NCBI RefSeq assembly: GCF_009834535.1
Contig: NC_045697.1
Location: 76,324,001 to 76,388,000 of the forward strand
Length of the DNA stretch: 64,000 bases
Reading direction: 5' to 3'
Origin: Camelus ferus
Lineage: Eukaryota
Shown: positions 13,142-25,795 of the stretch, one piece after another
How the letters are laid out: the number at the start of each line of letters is the position of its first letter
Position numbering within the stretch: position 1 is the stretch's first letter
Program-made: the position numbers and the translations under genes
Notes under the pieces: model-generated
Seen by the model: only the letters and a program-made list of their open reading frames with translations
Databases searched by the model: none
What the model was told of the DNA's origin: nothing

Positions 13142-13594
13142 TGTCACTAGCCATCCGGCCCTACAAGGATGGAGTCAGTAACCCCTGCAGTCCCTGACCT
13201 TTAACACACCCTGAAAAGAGTTCAGGGCAGAGATCAAGAATGAGGTGCTCTGTGTTCTAGGAAAACTGGCAGAATAGGCCTTCAGATGGTTAGATATTTT
13301 CAGGAGAAAATTTTACGAACCCAAACTCTTGTACCTTCCCATACTTAGAAAAGCACTGAAGCTGTTAACAAAGATACCTGTTCCTCGTGACCAGCAGCAG
13401 CCTTCTACTGAGATGTGCGTGTGTTTGCTGGTGTGCCTTTGCTGAAATCACACATATACTGACCTCCCCCCTGACGTCTTTGGAACAGTTTCTCAGAACT
13501 GAGAGGCTGTCTCCCAGGCTCTGGTCCATGGTGAGACACTGAATAAACTCAATTCACAGCTTTTATGCTGTGCACTTTTTTAAAAAAGTCGACA
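13142..13594 (+). mobile_element. ERV (ERV1-like) solo LTR
   Basis: TG...CA termini with imperfect inverted repeats (tgtcact / agtcgaca), AATAAA at 13542-13547, ~450 bp; no clear TSD. Confidence 0.7.
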
Positions 13595-13992
13595 GATGTA
13601 TATTCATCTATCTGTCTGTCTGTCTGTCTATCATCTACTTATCTACATACATTTCCCTTCCAAGATCAATAACTGCAAGACCAGACTTCTTTAGTGCTGT
13701 TGGGTTATGAAGTCTTACATGGTAGGTATCAAATATTTTCAAGATTTTTTGCTTGTCTTATAATTTCTTGATTGCTAGGTTCACTTGGAGCATAATATCG
13801 CTAATAATTCCCTCTCTGAAATCATCACCCACCTAGGGGTTGCATGGGGGACGTGACCTAGAACTGTGTGCACTGGGCTGAAGCCCACTGCTGTCCAGGT
13901 TTGCCTTGGGCGCTGGCAAAGAGTCGCTACTCCTTGCTGCCCGGGCTCCTGAAGCTTCACTGCATTAAGCCCTGGCCCTTTCTCTGTGACAG

Positions 13993-14056
13993 GATCTCCT
14001 ACTATTCGCCTGTGTGGCCACTAAAGTAATCCTCCACCATTCCCAGACCTGCCCAG
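13993..14056 (+). ncRNA. Candidate 64-nt internal exon, probably noncoding
   Basis: Acceptor ccctttctctgtgacag| and consensus donor CAG|gtaagt. Confidence 0.3.
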
Positions 14057-14064
14057 GTAAGTGT

Positions 14065-14815
14065 TCAAGTATCATGTGCCAGACAGTTCACAAAATAAGA
14101 AAATACAAGCAACTGAAATGGAGGAACATTATTCATTCAGCCTCACTCAGCTGAGATTCAAAGTGTCACCAAGCAGATTGTCAAAGATTTAAAACTTGAC
14201 AGCGTGGCATGGAGAAGAGTCTGAGGAGGGGACACTTTCCTATATTCCGGGGGAGAGTGGAATTGGTACAAGTCCAATGGAAAACGATATGGCAACATCG
14301 TTAGAATTATAACTGTACATGTGTTTTGACCAGCAATTCTAGCTCTAGGAATTTATCCTGTAGGTATGTTCTCACAGGAGCTAAATGATGTATTCAGATT
14401 TTTCATCGCAGCATCATTTGTGATGGAGGTTGGGATCAAGAGTAAGGGACTAGTTAAATAAACTGGAGGGCATCTGGCCAAACAACTGTAACGTGGCTAC
14501 AGAAGAGAATGAAGAGGTGCTTTTCTGATCTGGAGGATCTTGAAGATATTCTTATAGGGGGAAAAAAGCAGAGGATAAGTGTGTGGGTTGAGTAGGGGAC
14601 GGAATATAAATACATAATCACTTGTATGTACATAGAATATCACTGGAAGGATTCTCAGGGAAGTAATTACACTCGTTCCTGGGAGTGGGGGATGGTGCTG
14701 TTGGCTTTGGGGCTAGATTGGAAAAGAAACTGTCACTGTTTGCCCTTCTGTTACTTCTGGGTTTTGAAATATATGAAAGTTTTACCTACCAAAAATAGTA
14801 AGTGAAATAAAAATA
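14065..14815 (+). mobile_element. Old L1 (L1ME-like) ORF2 end and 3' UTR
   Basis: ttttgaccagcaattctagctctaggaatttatcct and attggtacaagtccaatggaaaac are typical of degenerate L1M. Confidence 0.75.
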
Positions 14816-17231
14816 CAACCACCAAAATCATGCACACATCTTACATGTTCATTTCTCTGATGCACAATTACTTGAAATGTAGTAAAACTAGAGAAAATAG
14901 AGGAGAGAAATCAAAATTATTAAAGAACTTGAGGGAAATGGCTCTAAGAATTGGAATCATTTCGGAAAAAAAAAGAGGCCAGAGGAAGATTTAATAATAG
15001 TCCTGAAATACCAAGAAGTAAGTTGAGGGGACAAAAAGTTGCTGTTCTCCTGGGCTGAGTGTTACCATTAAAGTTTTGAATGAGAAAAATATAGATGTGA
15101 AACTCTAAAATGAAGTACCAGATCATCATGTGCAGATTCTCTAAAGGAAAAAAAAAATTAAGAATTGGCTCTACAGTTCTTGAACGCCTTCAGCCAGATT
15201 GAGGCTCAAAAGGAGTTAGGGTGTGTAGGTCAGGAAAAGGAAGTATTTGTAAGGAACTTTCCGTTCAAGGCAACTGTAGATACACTGTGATCCCCACTCA
15301 CTTCAAGGTAGGGGTGCCTCCAACTTTGCTGGATTTTTCAGAGGGGCTGCCAGGAGATGGGTCAGAGGACAGGATGGACTTGGGTCTGGTCCTCGGGGAG
15401 ATTTAGAGGAGAAGAGAAGGTTGGTGAATGGCTTTGATGGCAGACTCAGGAGTGTAATGCTGAGCTGGGAATTTCTCAGAGTGAAAAACACATGAGTGTC
15501 TTGCAGGGACTAGATGAGGACCACATCTAAGAGGAGGAATGCACTGTAACCTTCACAAATCCTGCACAAGAGGACTAGCCAGGCGAGTGAGAGGATCCCA
15601 GCTGCAAACCCACAGGGGAAGGCTGCAGAGGAGTTGCAAGAGGGCGGATCCAGGGATGGGAATCTTGGAAAGGGTGGGCGTCAATCATCTGCTAGTGTCA
15701 GAGAGTACAAAACCAGTGACCAAAGAAGGACTGTTCTGTCTGCTCTCCTGGCCTATCGTGCCCCACTGTCACCTAGCTAGCGTGAGTAGCTAGGAGCGGG
15801 AGAGGAGGTGGCAGAGAGGTGAGCAGAAGCCCCGTGCTGCTTCCCTCCCCTGAGGCCAGCAGCTTCAACCAGAGGCCTCAAGAATCAAGAAGAAGAAAGG
15901 GGGGGCACAGTCTGGTCTTCAATGGAAAACCCAAAAGTTGATTATCACCTTTGCCTGGATATGTTCTCTTTACTGTTTTGAGACTTGAGTGTGATTTGTT
16001 ATTCCAGAATGAGCAGAAAAGCCACAGGGCCTGAGTCTTCATCAAGGGGCAGAGGAGTGGGTTTTAAAGAAGACAAGATTCAAGGAGACAGAAATTTTAA
16101 AGGACAGATAAGAATAAGGTCAAGTTTAGGTTCTCTGCCATGGGTCATGTATCCGGCACACTGGAGAGTGAGACATCAGCGCATGAAGGTGAGGTTTATT
16201 TTCACAAAACCAAGAGAAATTAACATAAAGTGCTGTGAGAGATCTGGAGGCAGATTGGATACTTTCTTGCTCTATAAATTTCTTGCTATAAAATTTGCTT
16301 TCTTGCTCTAAAATTTGCAAGATAGAAACTTGCTTCCTATGGAACGTTCTGGAACCTTTCTATTTTCTTTTTTTAAGGTATAACTTCACGAGTATGATTT
16401 TCTTTCTTTTTTTCTTTTTCCTTTCTTTCAGTTTTCTTTTTAAACAAGTATTTTTTTAAGCTGATTTATGAAAAATTTAAAGTGAAAATCGGAACAAGGA
16501 GGATAAAAATTTGGCCCAATTTGTGAAGATGGGATATATATATATACATATATATATATTGCAAAATCCTATTCTAAGCAGTGTGTGGAAAAGTCAGGAA
16601 GCAAAATGCTGGGGAGTGCTGCTCCAAGTTACCACAGAGGCAGGCTGTAGAATTATCCTGATTAGTTCAGAATAGTCCACAGATTTGTGACAGTTTTCTA
16701 AATGATAATTCCAATCAGTTGGGTCTAATGGCTGGCTCAGAAATAAAGGCAGAAAGCTGCAGTGTAGGACTCAAAAAAAAGCAAAGCTTTAAAATAAAAA
16801 GAGAAAAGTGACAGAGCAGAAGGAAGAAGGAAAGAGAGAAAGAAAGAAAAAAGAATGAAAGAAGGAAAGAAAGAAAGAAGGAAAGAAAGATGGGCTCCAC
16901 ACAGTAAAATATAAATTGTGAGCACCCTGGGTCCTAAATTTCATTTTGATGGTTGGTGTTACCTTATGAGACACTTGGATTTGCACTGTTGGTTTAAAAT
17001 ATTAATTAAGCTCTTCTGACTCAGTAATTCTGGGCCTCTAACACACAATCATTGTTCAGTTTTCCCTGTTATACATTAGAATGTACAGACACTATGATTT
17101 TATTTAGCCAATTTCAAGATTAAAGATTTCCTTAATTGTAGTCTTCCGTTAGTTCTTTGTAGTTGCTAAAACTGCATGTTTTATAGCTCAAGGGAAAACT
17201 TGTACTATTTGAGTCCCTGTTAAAAGTAAAC

Positions 17232-19520
17232 CATGGGCTTCCGCTTCCAGGAAGATAGAGTAGACATGCTTCTCCCGATTCCTCCCACTGAGTACAGCTG
17301 GAACCCTCGGCGTTATATGTACAGCAGATGGAAGACGATGCTGAGAGGTGGGGAGACAGGAGGGCAAACCAGCTAAGGAGTTTGGGACCCCAGAAACAAG
17401 GCAGTGGTGAGTCCCTGGGTTTTCTTTCTGCCTCATATATCCTAGACTTGGAGCTGAAGAAGTCAGCAACTGGAAATACCAGTGGGCACAGACCAAAAAA
17501 AGCTCCAGCATAAGTTGCCTCTCTCTAAGCAGCAGACCGGGAATGGGCAGTGTAGCAGAACAGAAAACTTTTAGACAATAACTGCTCTGCTCCAGCCAAG
17601 AACCACGGGGGAGAAAACAATTGTGGCCCTCACCTCCTCCCACAGTAGTCTAGGCTGAATGGAGAGCCTAGGCGTCCACTCTCACCAAGCTATGATGAGG
17701 TGCCCTAACCCCTGTGCCAGAATGGTGCCAGGGAAGGCCAAGCGGGGAGTCAGGACTTTCTCCACTGCCCAGAGGTAGCAAGGCCACTACCCCAGTGCCG
17801 TCAGTGGAGCCCACGTGGAGAGCAGTAGGAGGCACTCCTGGCCCGCGCAGGCAGGGACCAGTGGAGGCCTAGTGAGGAGCATAGCTCCGCCCCTGCTCAG
17901 CAATAGCGAGGAGCACCCCAACTTGAGTGTCAGTAGAGGCCAAGAGGGAAAGCTGGATGTGTACCCCTGCCTCTTCTCCTGCCAGAGAGGGGTCATGGGC
18001 AGCTAAAATAGAGGTTTAAATAAGATCCAGTGTCTCATAATATAATGCCCTATATGTCTAGGTTTTAATAGAAAATCGCTATCTTTCTCCTCTGTCTTTA
18101 ATAGAAAATCACTCCCTGTATCAAGCTCCAGGAAGATTTCAAACTGAATAAGAAAAGACAATCAATAGATGACAGCACTGAGATGACAGAGATTCAGACT
18201 TATCTGACCAGGTTTTAAAAGCACCGTCATAAAAATGCTTCGATGAGCGATTATGAACATGCTTAAATCAAAAGGGAAACAGAAACTCTCCAGAAGGAGA
18301 GAGAAAATACAAAATGAACCAAGTGGAGATTTAGAAATGAAAAATACAGTAGCCAACAACCACCACCAAACCCAATGGATAGGCTCAACAGCAGAATGGG
18401 GAGGACGGAGAAAGAAATGGTGAACTTAAAGATCAAATAATAGCAAGTATACAATCTGAACAGCAGAGCGAGAATAGACTGAAAAAGAAGAAGAAGAAGA
18501 AAAAAAAACCCAGCACTTCAAGGACCGGTAGAACTGTAAACAAAGATCTAATATTCTTGCCAGCAGCGTTCCAGAAGGAGAGGAGAAAAATGGTGGGGCT
18601 GAAAAAAACTTTTTTAAAAAAGGTGAAAACTTCCCAAATTTAGTAAAAGACATAAATCTGTAGACTCAAGAAGCCAAGTGAAACTCAAATAGAATCCCCA
18701 AAGAAACCCACACCAAGTCACATCGTCGTCAAACTTCTGAAAACAAAGCAAAGAAAGAACCTTGAAAACAGCCCAAGAGAAACAAAACGTTACCTCTAGT
18801 GAGTAGAAGAACAATTCCAGAGACAACCTTTAGATCCACCCATTATGAAATACAATTTTATTCTACGAAGTGTTTCTCAACTGCTGGATCTACCGTATGA
18901 CCCAGCAATTACTCTTCTGGGCATTTATCCCAGAGATATGAAAACTTGTGTTCACATAAAAACCTGTACGTAAATGTTTATAGCAGCTTCATTTGTTAAA
19001 AACCCCAAACTGGAAGTAACTCAGATGTCTTTCTACAGGTAAATAGATTAACAAATGCTGGTATAACCATACCGTGGGACACCACTCAACAATTAAAAAA
19101 AAAAAAAGGACAAACTATTGATACACGCCTGGATGAATCTCCAGGGAATTATTCTGAGTGAAAAAAGCCAATCCTCAAATGTTATATACTGTATGATTCT
19201 ATTTATATGACATTTGGAAATGACAAAATTATGCAAATGGAAAACACTGGTTGCCAGGGGTTTCTGAAGGGGTTGTCATGGAAGGGAAGTGGATGTAGTT
19301 ATAAAAGGGCCACATGAGGGGTCCTTGTGGCTATGGAAATGTTCTGTCTCTTGACAGAGCTGGATGAATGTCAGCATGCCAGCTGCGATACTGTGTTATA
19401 GTTTTGTAAGATGTTACCATTGGGGGGAACTGGATAAAGGGTACACAGGATCTCTCAGTATTATCTCCTGTAACTGCACATGAATCTGCAATGCTCTCAA
19501 ATAAAAAGTTTACTTAAAAT
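17232..19520 (+). mobile_element. Internally deleted L1 (L1MC-like): 5' UTR, ORF1 remnant and 3' end
   Basis: Starts ggcttccgcttccaggaagat; ORF1-like remnant at ~18100-18828; 3' end ...gggtacacaggatctctcagtatt...aaataaaaagttta resembles L1MC1; most of ORF2 is absent. Confidence 0.85.
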
Positions 19521-20369
19521 CCAAATGTATTATGTCATATATGCGTGGTATATAAGCTCCCCAGATTCTGGTGGGCTGCACATCCAGCTTAACAGAGGTT
19601 ACGTCTGGGGAGGTGGATGAGTGTCTCTGAGGGTTGGGGGAAATGAAGAGGACTCTTCCGTTTTATTCTCTTACGAATTGTGTGAAAATAAATTTCTTAA
19701 CATGAACATGCATTGCTTTTCTAATGAAAGGAAACAAGTTAATAAAATTTTAGAAAATTAAACCACATTCACTTGTGATTACTTAAAGAGGATCTTCTCT
19801 GTAGTTCCCCATGTTAAAAAAAAAAGTTTCTTGGCACAAACATACCTGATATTTAGAAAATATATTAAGTTCAGTCTTTTACAGAAGGAAAAATTTTAAC
19901 TTAGTCTTTCTAAAGAGAAACACACTGCAAAACTTTTAGCTCACAAGATCCACCTATCATGAAATATAATTTTATTCTACAAAGTGTTCTCAGCTATTTC
20001 AACACAATCTGACACAAAGGTGATTTAATATATTCCAGGGTCCTCTCTTGTTCACTAATGGTAGTGGAGGATACAGTCAACACACCAAGATTCCCATGGA
20101 TTGCACTGCCAAGGCACTGGGTGCCAGCCGTCCCTGAGAAAACTAACCACTGGAAACAGCCACACTAAGGGGCAGGAATGGAAGCTGGTCAGTCATCCTG
20201 GTCCCAGGTGACCAGGAGACCCTGACTGTTCTCCTCTTAAGAGGATATTTGAACCGTGACAAAGACACATCTTAGATGGAGAGGTCATCCTGCTGATCCA
20301 GGAGAAATGAAGGAGATTAAATCAAGAATATTCTTGAATAGCTTTCTTCCAATGAACTCCAAATAATAA

Positions 20370-20580
20370 ATTTACTGGTTACTGAACACCTACTATGTGC
20401 CAGGCACTGTACTCATTCCTAATTCTTCCAAAACATGTAAGATAAGAGTCACATGAGATTTAAAGATAAAGAAGAAACTGAGGCTCAGAAAGATGAAATA
20501 ACCTGTCAAGATCACACAAGTGGTAAGACCAGGTCAGTATTTGAACCCAGGCCTGTCTGACATCAGAGCCCATGTTCCTT
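20370..20580 (-). mobile_element. MIR SINE
   Basis: gaaactgaggctcagaaagatgaaataacctgtcaagatcacac...tttgaacccagg. Confidence 0.85.
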
Positions 20581-20895
20581 GTGTTCTCCAAAGCCACCGC
20601 TCATGCCAACGCAGCGGGACTTTGGGAGGTATGCTGTTGTATCACTGATAGAATAGATCACTAATATCCTTCAGTCTTTCCTCACCTGAGAATGTAACCA
20701 GCCTAGACAGCAATCTCCTCAGACTAGAAAACCTTGACTCTTCTTTTTCCCCATTTCCTTTGGCTGTGCTCTACCTTTGAAAACATACTGTCCCCAAATC
20801 ACAGAATGTCAGAGCTGGAAAAAGCCCTGGAGAGCATCAGTTTCTTGGTAGAAATAGGCCTGTTAAGAAACCTGTAGACCTAAGATAGTGCTTAC

Positions 20896-21017
20896 CTTAC
20901 AAGCTTATGGTAGGAAACCAAAGTCAGAGAGGTACCTGATGTCCTCAAGACCGCGCAGCTAGCTAATGGCAGACAAGACGTGCACTTGGACACACCGAGC
21001 CCAAACACCAAGTGAAC
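20896..21017 (-). ncRNA. Candidate MIR-derived exon of a minus-strand transcript
   Basis: Minus strand caattacag|GTTCAC...TGTAAG|gtaagc; the body resembles MIR; lies downstream of the 24.7-kb promoter. Confidence 0.3.
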
Positions 21018-21439
21018 CTGTAATTGAGTGCAGGGTTTTGGAGAAAACTCCACCAAAGAATCCCGTTCAATGATGACTTTAACCACCAGATCCCTCATAC
21101 TTTTCTCTGTAGGGTGTGTCTTACTTAATTTGAATGTCAAAGGGAGAAATACTCCACTGACTCCTGCTTTGCAATTCAGCATGCACTTACCCATCATCTT
21201 AATCATCACAGTAAATACTGCTGTTGGCTAGAGTAAGTGGTATTTTCATGACACGAGTCAACCAAGGTTAGTGAGATAAAGTGATCTGCTTGAGGTAACA
21301 GAGCCACCAAGTAGAACCATGACCCAAAGTTATCTCGTTCTCTAACACTAAGCTGCCAAATGGTAATTTTTAGATTGTTTTCAATACACCCTTTGTTCCG
21401 TATATTTCATTACGAAAACTTAGATATTTAAAATGAACA

Positions 21440-21960
21440 TTTTTCTTACTATAAAAGTAATAAATGTTAATGGCAGAAAACTTAGAAAATAAAATAAGGC
21501 CAAAGAAAAGTCACATCTAATCTCATCTTCCAAAGAAGTCATCGTTACGATTTTGTATAAATCTTTCCAGTCATTTATCCGTGCCTGTATGTGCTAGAAC
21601 AAAACAAAGACCAAATGGCATCACGGTGTGAGTGTTGTTTTAAGACTTTTTCCCTTTTTTTTATCATTAGACAGTAAACATTTTTCCGTGTACTTAGTAT
21701 TCTTCCACATTATATTCAAAAGGGTCGTCATATTCTGTTGCATGAATGCACCGTAGCTTAACTAGTTAATGTCCTATTGTAAAACAACCAGTTGTGTGTA
21801 GTTTAGAGATTTTTTTGTTTTTGTTTTTTGCAGTTATTTGCCATGTTGTGGTGAACATCCTCGTAGTTAAATCTTTGCACGCATCCATGATAATTTTCTT
21901 TGAATAAATTCCTAGAACTGGATTAAAAAATTTTTTTTCGGTCAAAAGCCTTGCAGAACA
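21440..21960 (-). mobile_element. Old L1M fragment
   Basis: ataattttctttgaataaattcctagaactgg and tgttgtggtgaacatcct reverse L1 motifs. Confidence 0.7.
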
Positions 21961-22184
21961 TTAAAGCTTATGAGATGTATTTGGACAGTCCAAATTAAAA
22001 GTTAAGGTTAATTTGGCATAAGATTTGCTTTAGCAAATTTTCATAGTATCTCTGAGCTTTTGCTAATTGCAATGTCTGTGGATTTTAATGCTAATTTTCT
22101 GTTCCTATTGTTTTACTCTTTAGTGAGTGCTCTAAAACATTCAGACCTGCAGAAGAAAACCAGAACCGAGTTATGCAGAGCTAC

Positions 22185-22772
22185 AGTGTGAGATGTACCG
22201 TCCCAGACAGACCCTAGGTGCCGCCAGTGATGCCTGCCTCTAGTGTTCACGCCTTTGTGTGATCCTGTCCCACAGAATATGCCAAAGGTGAGGGGGTGTC
22301 ATGCACATGATTACGTTATGCCATTTGAGACTCCCACTGGGCAGACTGGAGTTAGAGGCTCTCCTTGTGGGCTTAATGAAGTCAGTGGCCCCCTTGGAGC
22401 AGCCGGTGTAGCTCTCACCTGCCAGCAGCTCCAGGACCTGAGGAGGGCTTCCAGCGGACAGTGAGCCAGTGGCTGGGCCCTCAGTCGTACAGCCACAAGG
22501 AAGTGGAGTCAGAGTGAGCTCTGAGGTGGATGCTCCCCCAGTTGAGTCTCTAGATAAAAAACATAGCTCAAGATCCGACAAGAACCCAGCTAAGTCATGA
22601 TCAGGCTCCTGACCCATGGTAACCAGAGAAAACAAATGTATGTTGTTTTATTTTATTTTATTATTTTATTGAAGTATGGTTGGTTTACAGTGTGTTCATT
22701 TCTGGTGTACAGCATAGTGATTCCTGTTATACACATACATGCATATATACTTTTTCTTCCCAGATAACTGAC
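22185..22772 (+). mobile_element. MaLR MLT1 (E/F-like) LTR interrupted by a minus-strand young L1 3' stub (~22645-22760)
   Basis: cagccacaaggaa...gtggatgctcccccagttgagtct...aaatgtatgttgtttta; the L1 stub ttgaagtatggttggtttacag follows; LTR-end-like agataactga resumes at ~22763. Confidence 0.75.
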
Positions 22773-24049
22773 CCATCGACCTGCCTGAAACCAGTGAGCT
22801 TTTATGACTTTGGCTTTCAGCCTTTTAGCCCATTCTCAGCCGGGCCTTGAATCCCCTCCAAAGTAACCTTTTCCCCACAGGTGCATCCTATCCTTGTTGG
22901 CTGCTCCTCCCTGCCTGCCCCCTCTCCCCAGGCTCTGCTCTGTATTGAAGGGGCTGACCTTGCACAAGACACTTGCCAGGCTCCTGCCCCACATGCCTCA
23001 TAGCTGGGAGAGGCCCATGGGGACACCAACCAAGAAGGTCCTGCTGTCTGTGCCTCCTTGGTGACACCAACTCCCAGAACAGCCCTCTCTGGTTCTGCCC
23101 TCCGCCAGGCTGTCTCTGCTCTCAAGCTTTAGGAACTGTCACCTCCTGTCTTTGTCCCCTAGGATCGGCAGTGGTTCCCAACTATTGGTAACTTCTGGTG
23201 TCTCTTTTCTATTTGGCTTCGTAGGTCCTCCAGCACCTGTGAAACCAATTCTCTGCATTACATTCCCTTTGCTGTAAACACTTGAAGTGGTTTCTCATTT
23301 CTCTGGTGACCGTGGCGATGCACCCACCACACCCCTGAGCCGCTGCCTCACTGTGCTCTGCACTAGGAGCATCAGCCTAGGACCTGGATAAGGTCAGGGC
23401 CATCAACACTGCATGTGTTGCATCAACAAATGATGGCGCTATGAGGGCTCCAGCAGCACCTTCTCATCGGGGCTCCTTGCCTGGTGTCAGGAGACACAGG
23501 AGTGGAGCAGGGCACCTGTGCTGGGGCGAGCATGATCCAGGGGCAGGGAACAGCCATATAAAAAATAGAGCCATGTGCTAACTACTACGAGAGGTATATT
23601 CCAGGTGGGAGGGAGCAAAGAGTCCGGTGGGGGAGGTGGTGGTTGTGGGAGGAGGAAGGGTGTTCCTTTCAGAGGGAACAGCCTATGCTAAGGGAGAGCA
23701 TGGTAAGCTCAGTTATGAGTGAGGGTAGTCATGGAATCCAGCTCTCATGTTTGTTTTAACTCAGCAATAAATTCTTTATTCCAAAAATATCCTGCAGGAG
23801 TCTACCATCTACACATACAGGCCAGGGCACTTTTCAGCTCCTACTGAAGGAAGTAGTCTCATGTTGCCAGTCCACGGCACTTTCTTCTTTCTTCCTAGGC
23901 TTCTTCCATAAATATTTTCCGGACTAAAGCGTAACTGGATGACAGTGTCTCAGACATTCAGCAGTCTCCCCAGGGAGAGGTCTCTAAAGTCTACAGGCAC
24001 AGGCAGCTTGATGTGGTCAGAGTGCAAGGCAACAAGTGTGGCCACGCTA

Positions 24050-24410
24050 TGTGCCAACAAGATGGATGTGGGTGGACAGCTAGGCTCACCGCTTATTAGC
24101 TGTGTGATTTGGAGCAGACTGCTTTCCCTGTCCGAGCCTCCTTCTGTAGGGGTATAATACCTACCCAGTGGAATAGGGGAATTCCTTTGTAAAGCATATT
24201 TAGGATTTACTGTGTGCTAGGCACCATGCTTAAGTTTATTATTCATTATCTCACTTAATCCTCAAATAATCCTATGAATGAGGTATGACTATTAGCTCTA
24301 ATTTAAAGATTTTAAAACGGGGAGGCCCAGGGAAGTTAAGTAATTTGTCCAAGGTCACACAGCAGTTGATAGGCAGAACCTTGAAAGTCCATGCCCTTAA
24401 CCATTACTTG
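24050..24410. mobile_element. Two MIR SINEs in opposite orientation
   Basis: ttagctgtgtgatttggagcag (plus) and taatcctcaaataatcctatg...taatttgtccaaggtcacacagc (minus). Confidence 0.75.
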
Positions 24411-24684
24411 CATAATGGCCCACGGCAGAGCATTGGCCCTGGAGTGCGATTTGAATTAGAGGCTCAGGGAATTTATGCCCCTCTCCCCCCTCAGAAGAAG
24501 CTGAATTACTGTCCCCAGGCCTGGTGGCACTATCCACTGTACTAGAAGCAGAAAAAGAGGACAATAGCAAGCTACCGGGCCTATTATTTGCAAATTCGTC
24601 CTGAGCTTTGGCGATGGGTGTTTTTAGGTTTGAGTTGAGTTCAGAGACCTCCAAAATCAAAGAATAATCCCAAGTGCGGAGCAA

Positions 24685-24825
24685 ACTCACGCCCGCACTG
24701 AAGACAAGGGTGGGAAACAGCAGCAGTGCAGCGTTGTTTGTGCAGCCCTCGTACCGGAGGAACACGTTGTTCTTACACTTTATAGCCGGCACAGCTGAGG
24801 CTGGAGCCGGGCGTGGGGCGGGCAG
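24685..24825 (-). promoter_or_regulatory. Pol II core promoter (GC boxes, E-box, TATA, hormone response element) with short first exon
   Basis: GGGCGTGG/GGGGCGGG at 24809-24822; CAGCTG at 24792-24797; minus TATAAA at 24784-24779; GGAACAcgtTGTTCT at 24759-24773; predicted TSS ~24752; donor GGC|GTGAGT at 24691/24690; local CpG enrichment. Confidence 0.6.
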
Positions 24826-25094
24826 GACTCCTCCGCGGAGGCCCCCAGGCCCCCAGTTCCCCGGATCCCACCCACAGGACCGCGTTCAGCAGTGCTGCCC
24901 CAGGGGCAGGCAGAGCTGGCAGGGTCCCAGCCAAACAGCCTCAGTTCAAACCCTTCCCCGAGGGGCTCTAGGGTGTGGTGCTTTGCAGCGCCTCCTTTCT
25001 TTTTCCTCCCCTGGGATTTAGCTCTCAGAGCAAGAGCGTCGTCGGGCCTGCTCACATCAAAGAGGGAAGGCGGGCCTGCCTGCACAGGCGCCTG

Positions 25095-25795
25095 CCGCAC
25101 ACACAACACACACACACCACACTCAGCCACAGCACACATAATACACACCACACACACTTACATACCCCACATGTAACACACACACCACGCACTCATATAC
25201 CTCAGATAGTACATACACATACCTCCAACTCGCGCATCACATACGCACACCACACACCAGATACTACGCATACCACATACACATAGCCCACGCACCCTAC
25301 AGAGCACACATATCAAACCTCACTCCCTTTATTACATATGTACACATCACACACATAGCCTCCACATGCACCACACTTCACACGTAAAAATGCAACACAT
25401 ACACTACAGCACATTCATATCGCACCTCACATCTTGACATTATGCGTGCTCACACACTCCACACACACATATACAACACACATGCACCATATATACATGC
25501 ACCACACACAACTCAGTCTCACATAGCACACACACACCATACACATAGATGCATCATACGCACACTCACATCACACACACCACACAGAAAAATACATGTA
25601 CCACACACACTAGAGTACACACATACCAAACTTCACATTCTCACACCACACACACCACAGATGGATATACACATCACACCAGACCATATAGACACAACAC
25701 TACAATCACATCACACACATACAAATACATACCACACGCATCACACACAAACCATATGTTCCATACACACACACACACACACTCACATACACAGA
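25095..25795 (+). repeat. Degenerate CA-rich low-complexity tract, ~700 bp
   Basis: Continuous CACAC/CATAC/ACCAC motifs with very few G on the plus strand. Confidence 0.95.

Noticed and set aside
20613..20624. 12-nt complement to the 3' half of miR-193b-3p
   Set aside because: No seed match and no hairpin; likely chance. I recognised no miRNA precursor in the window.
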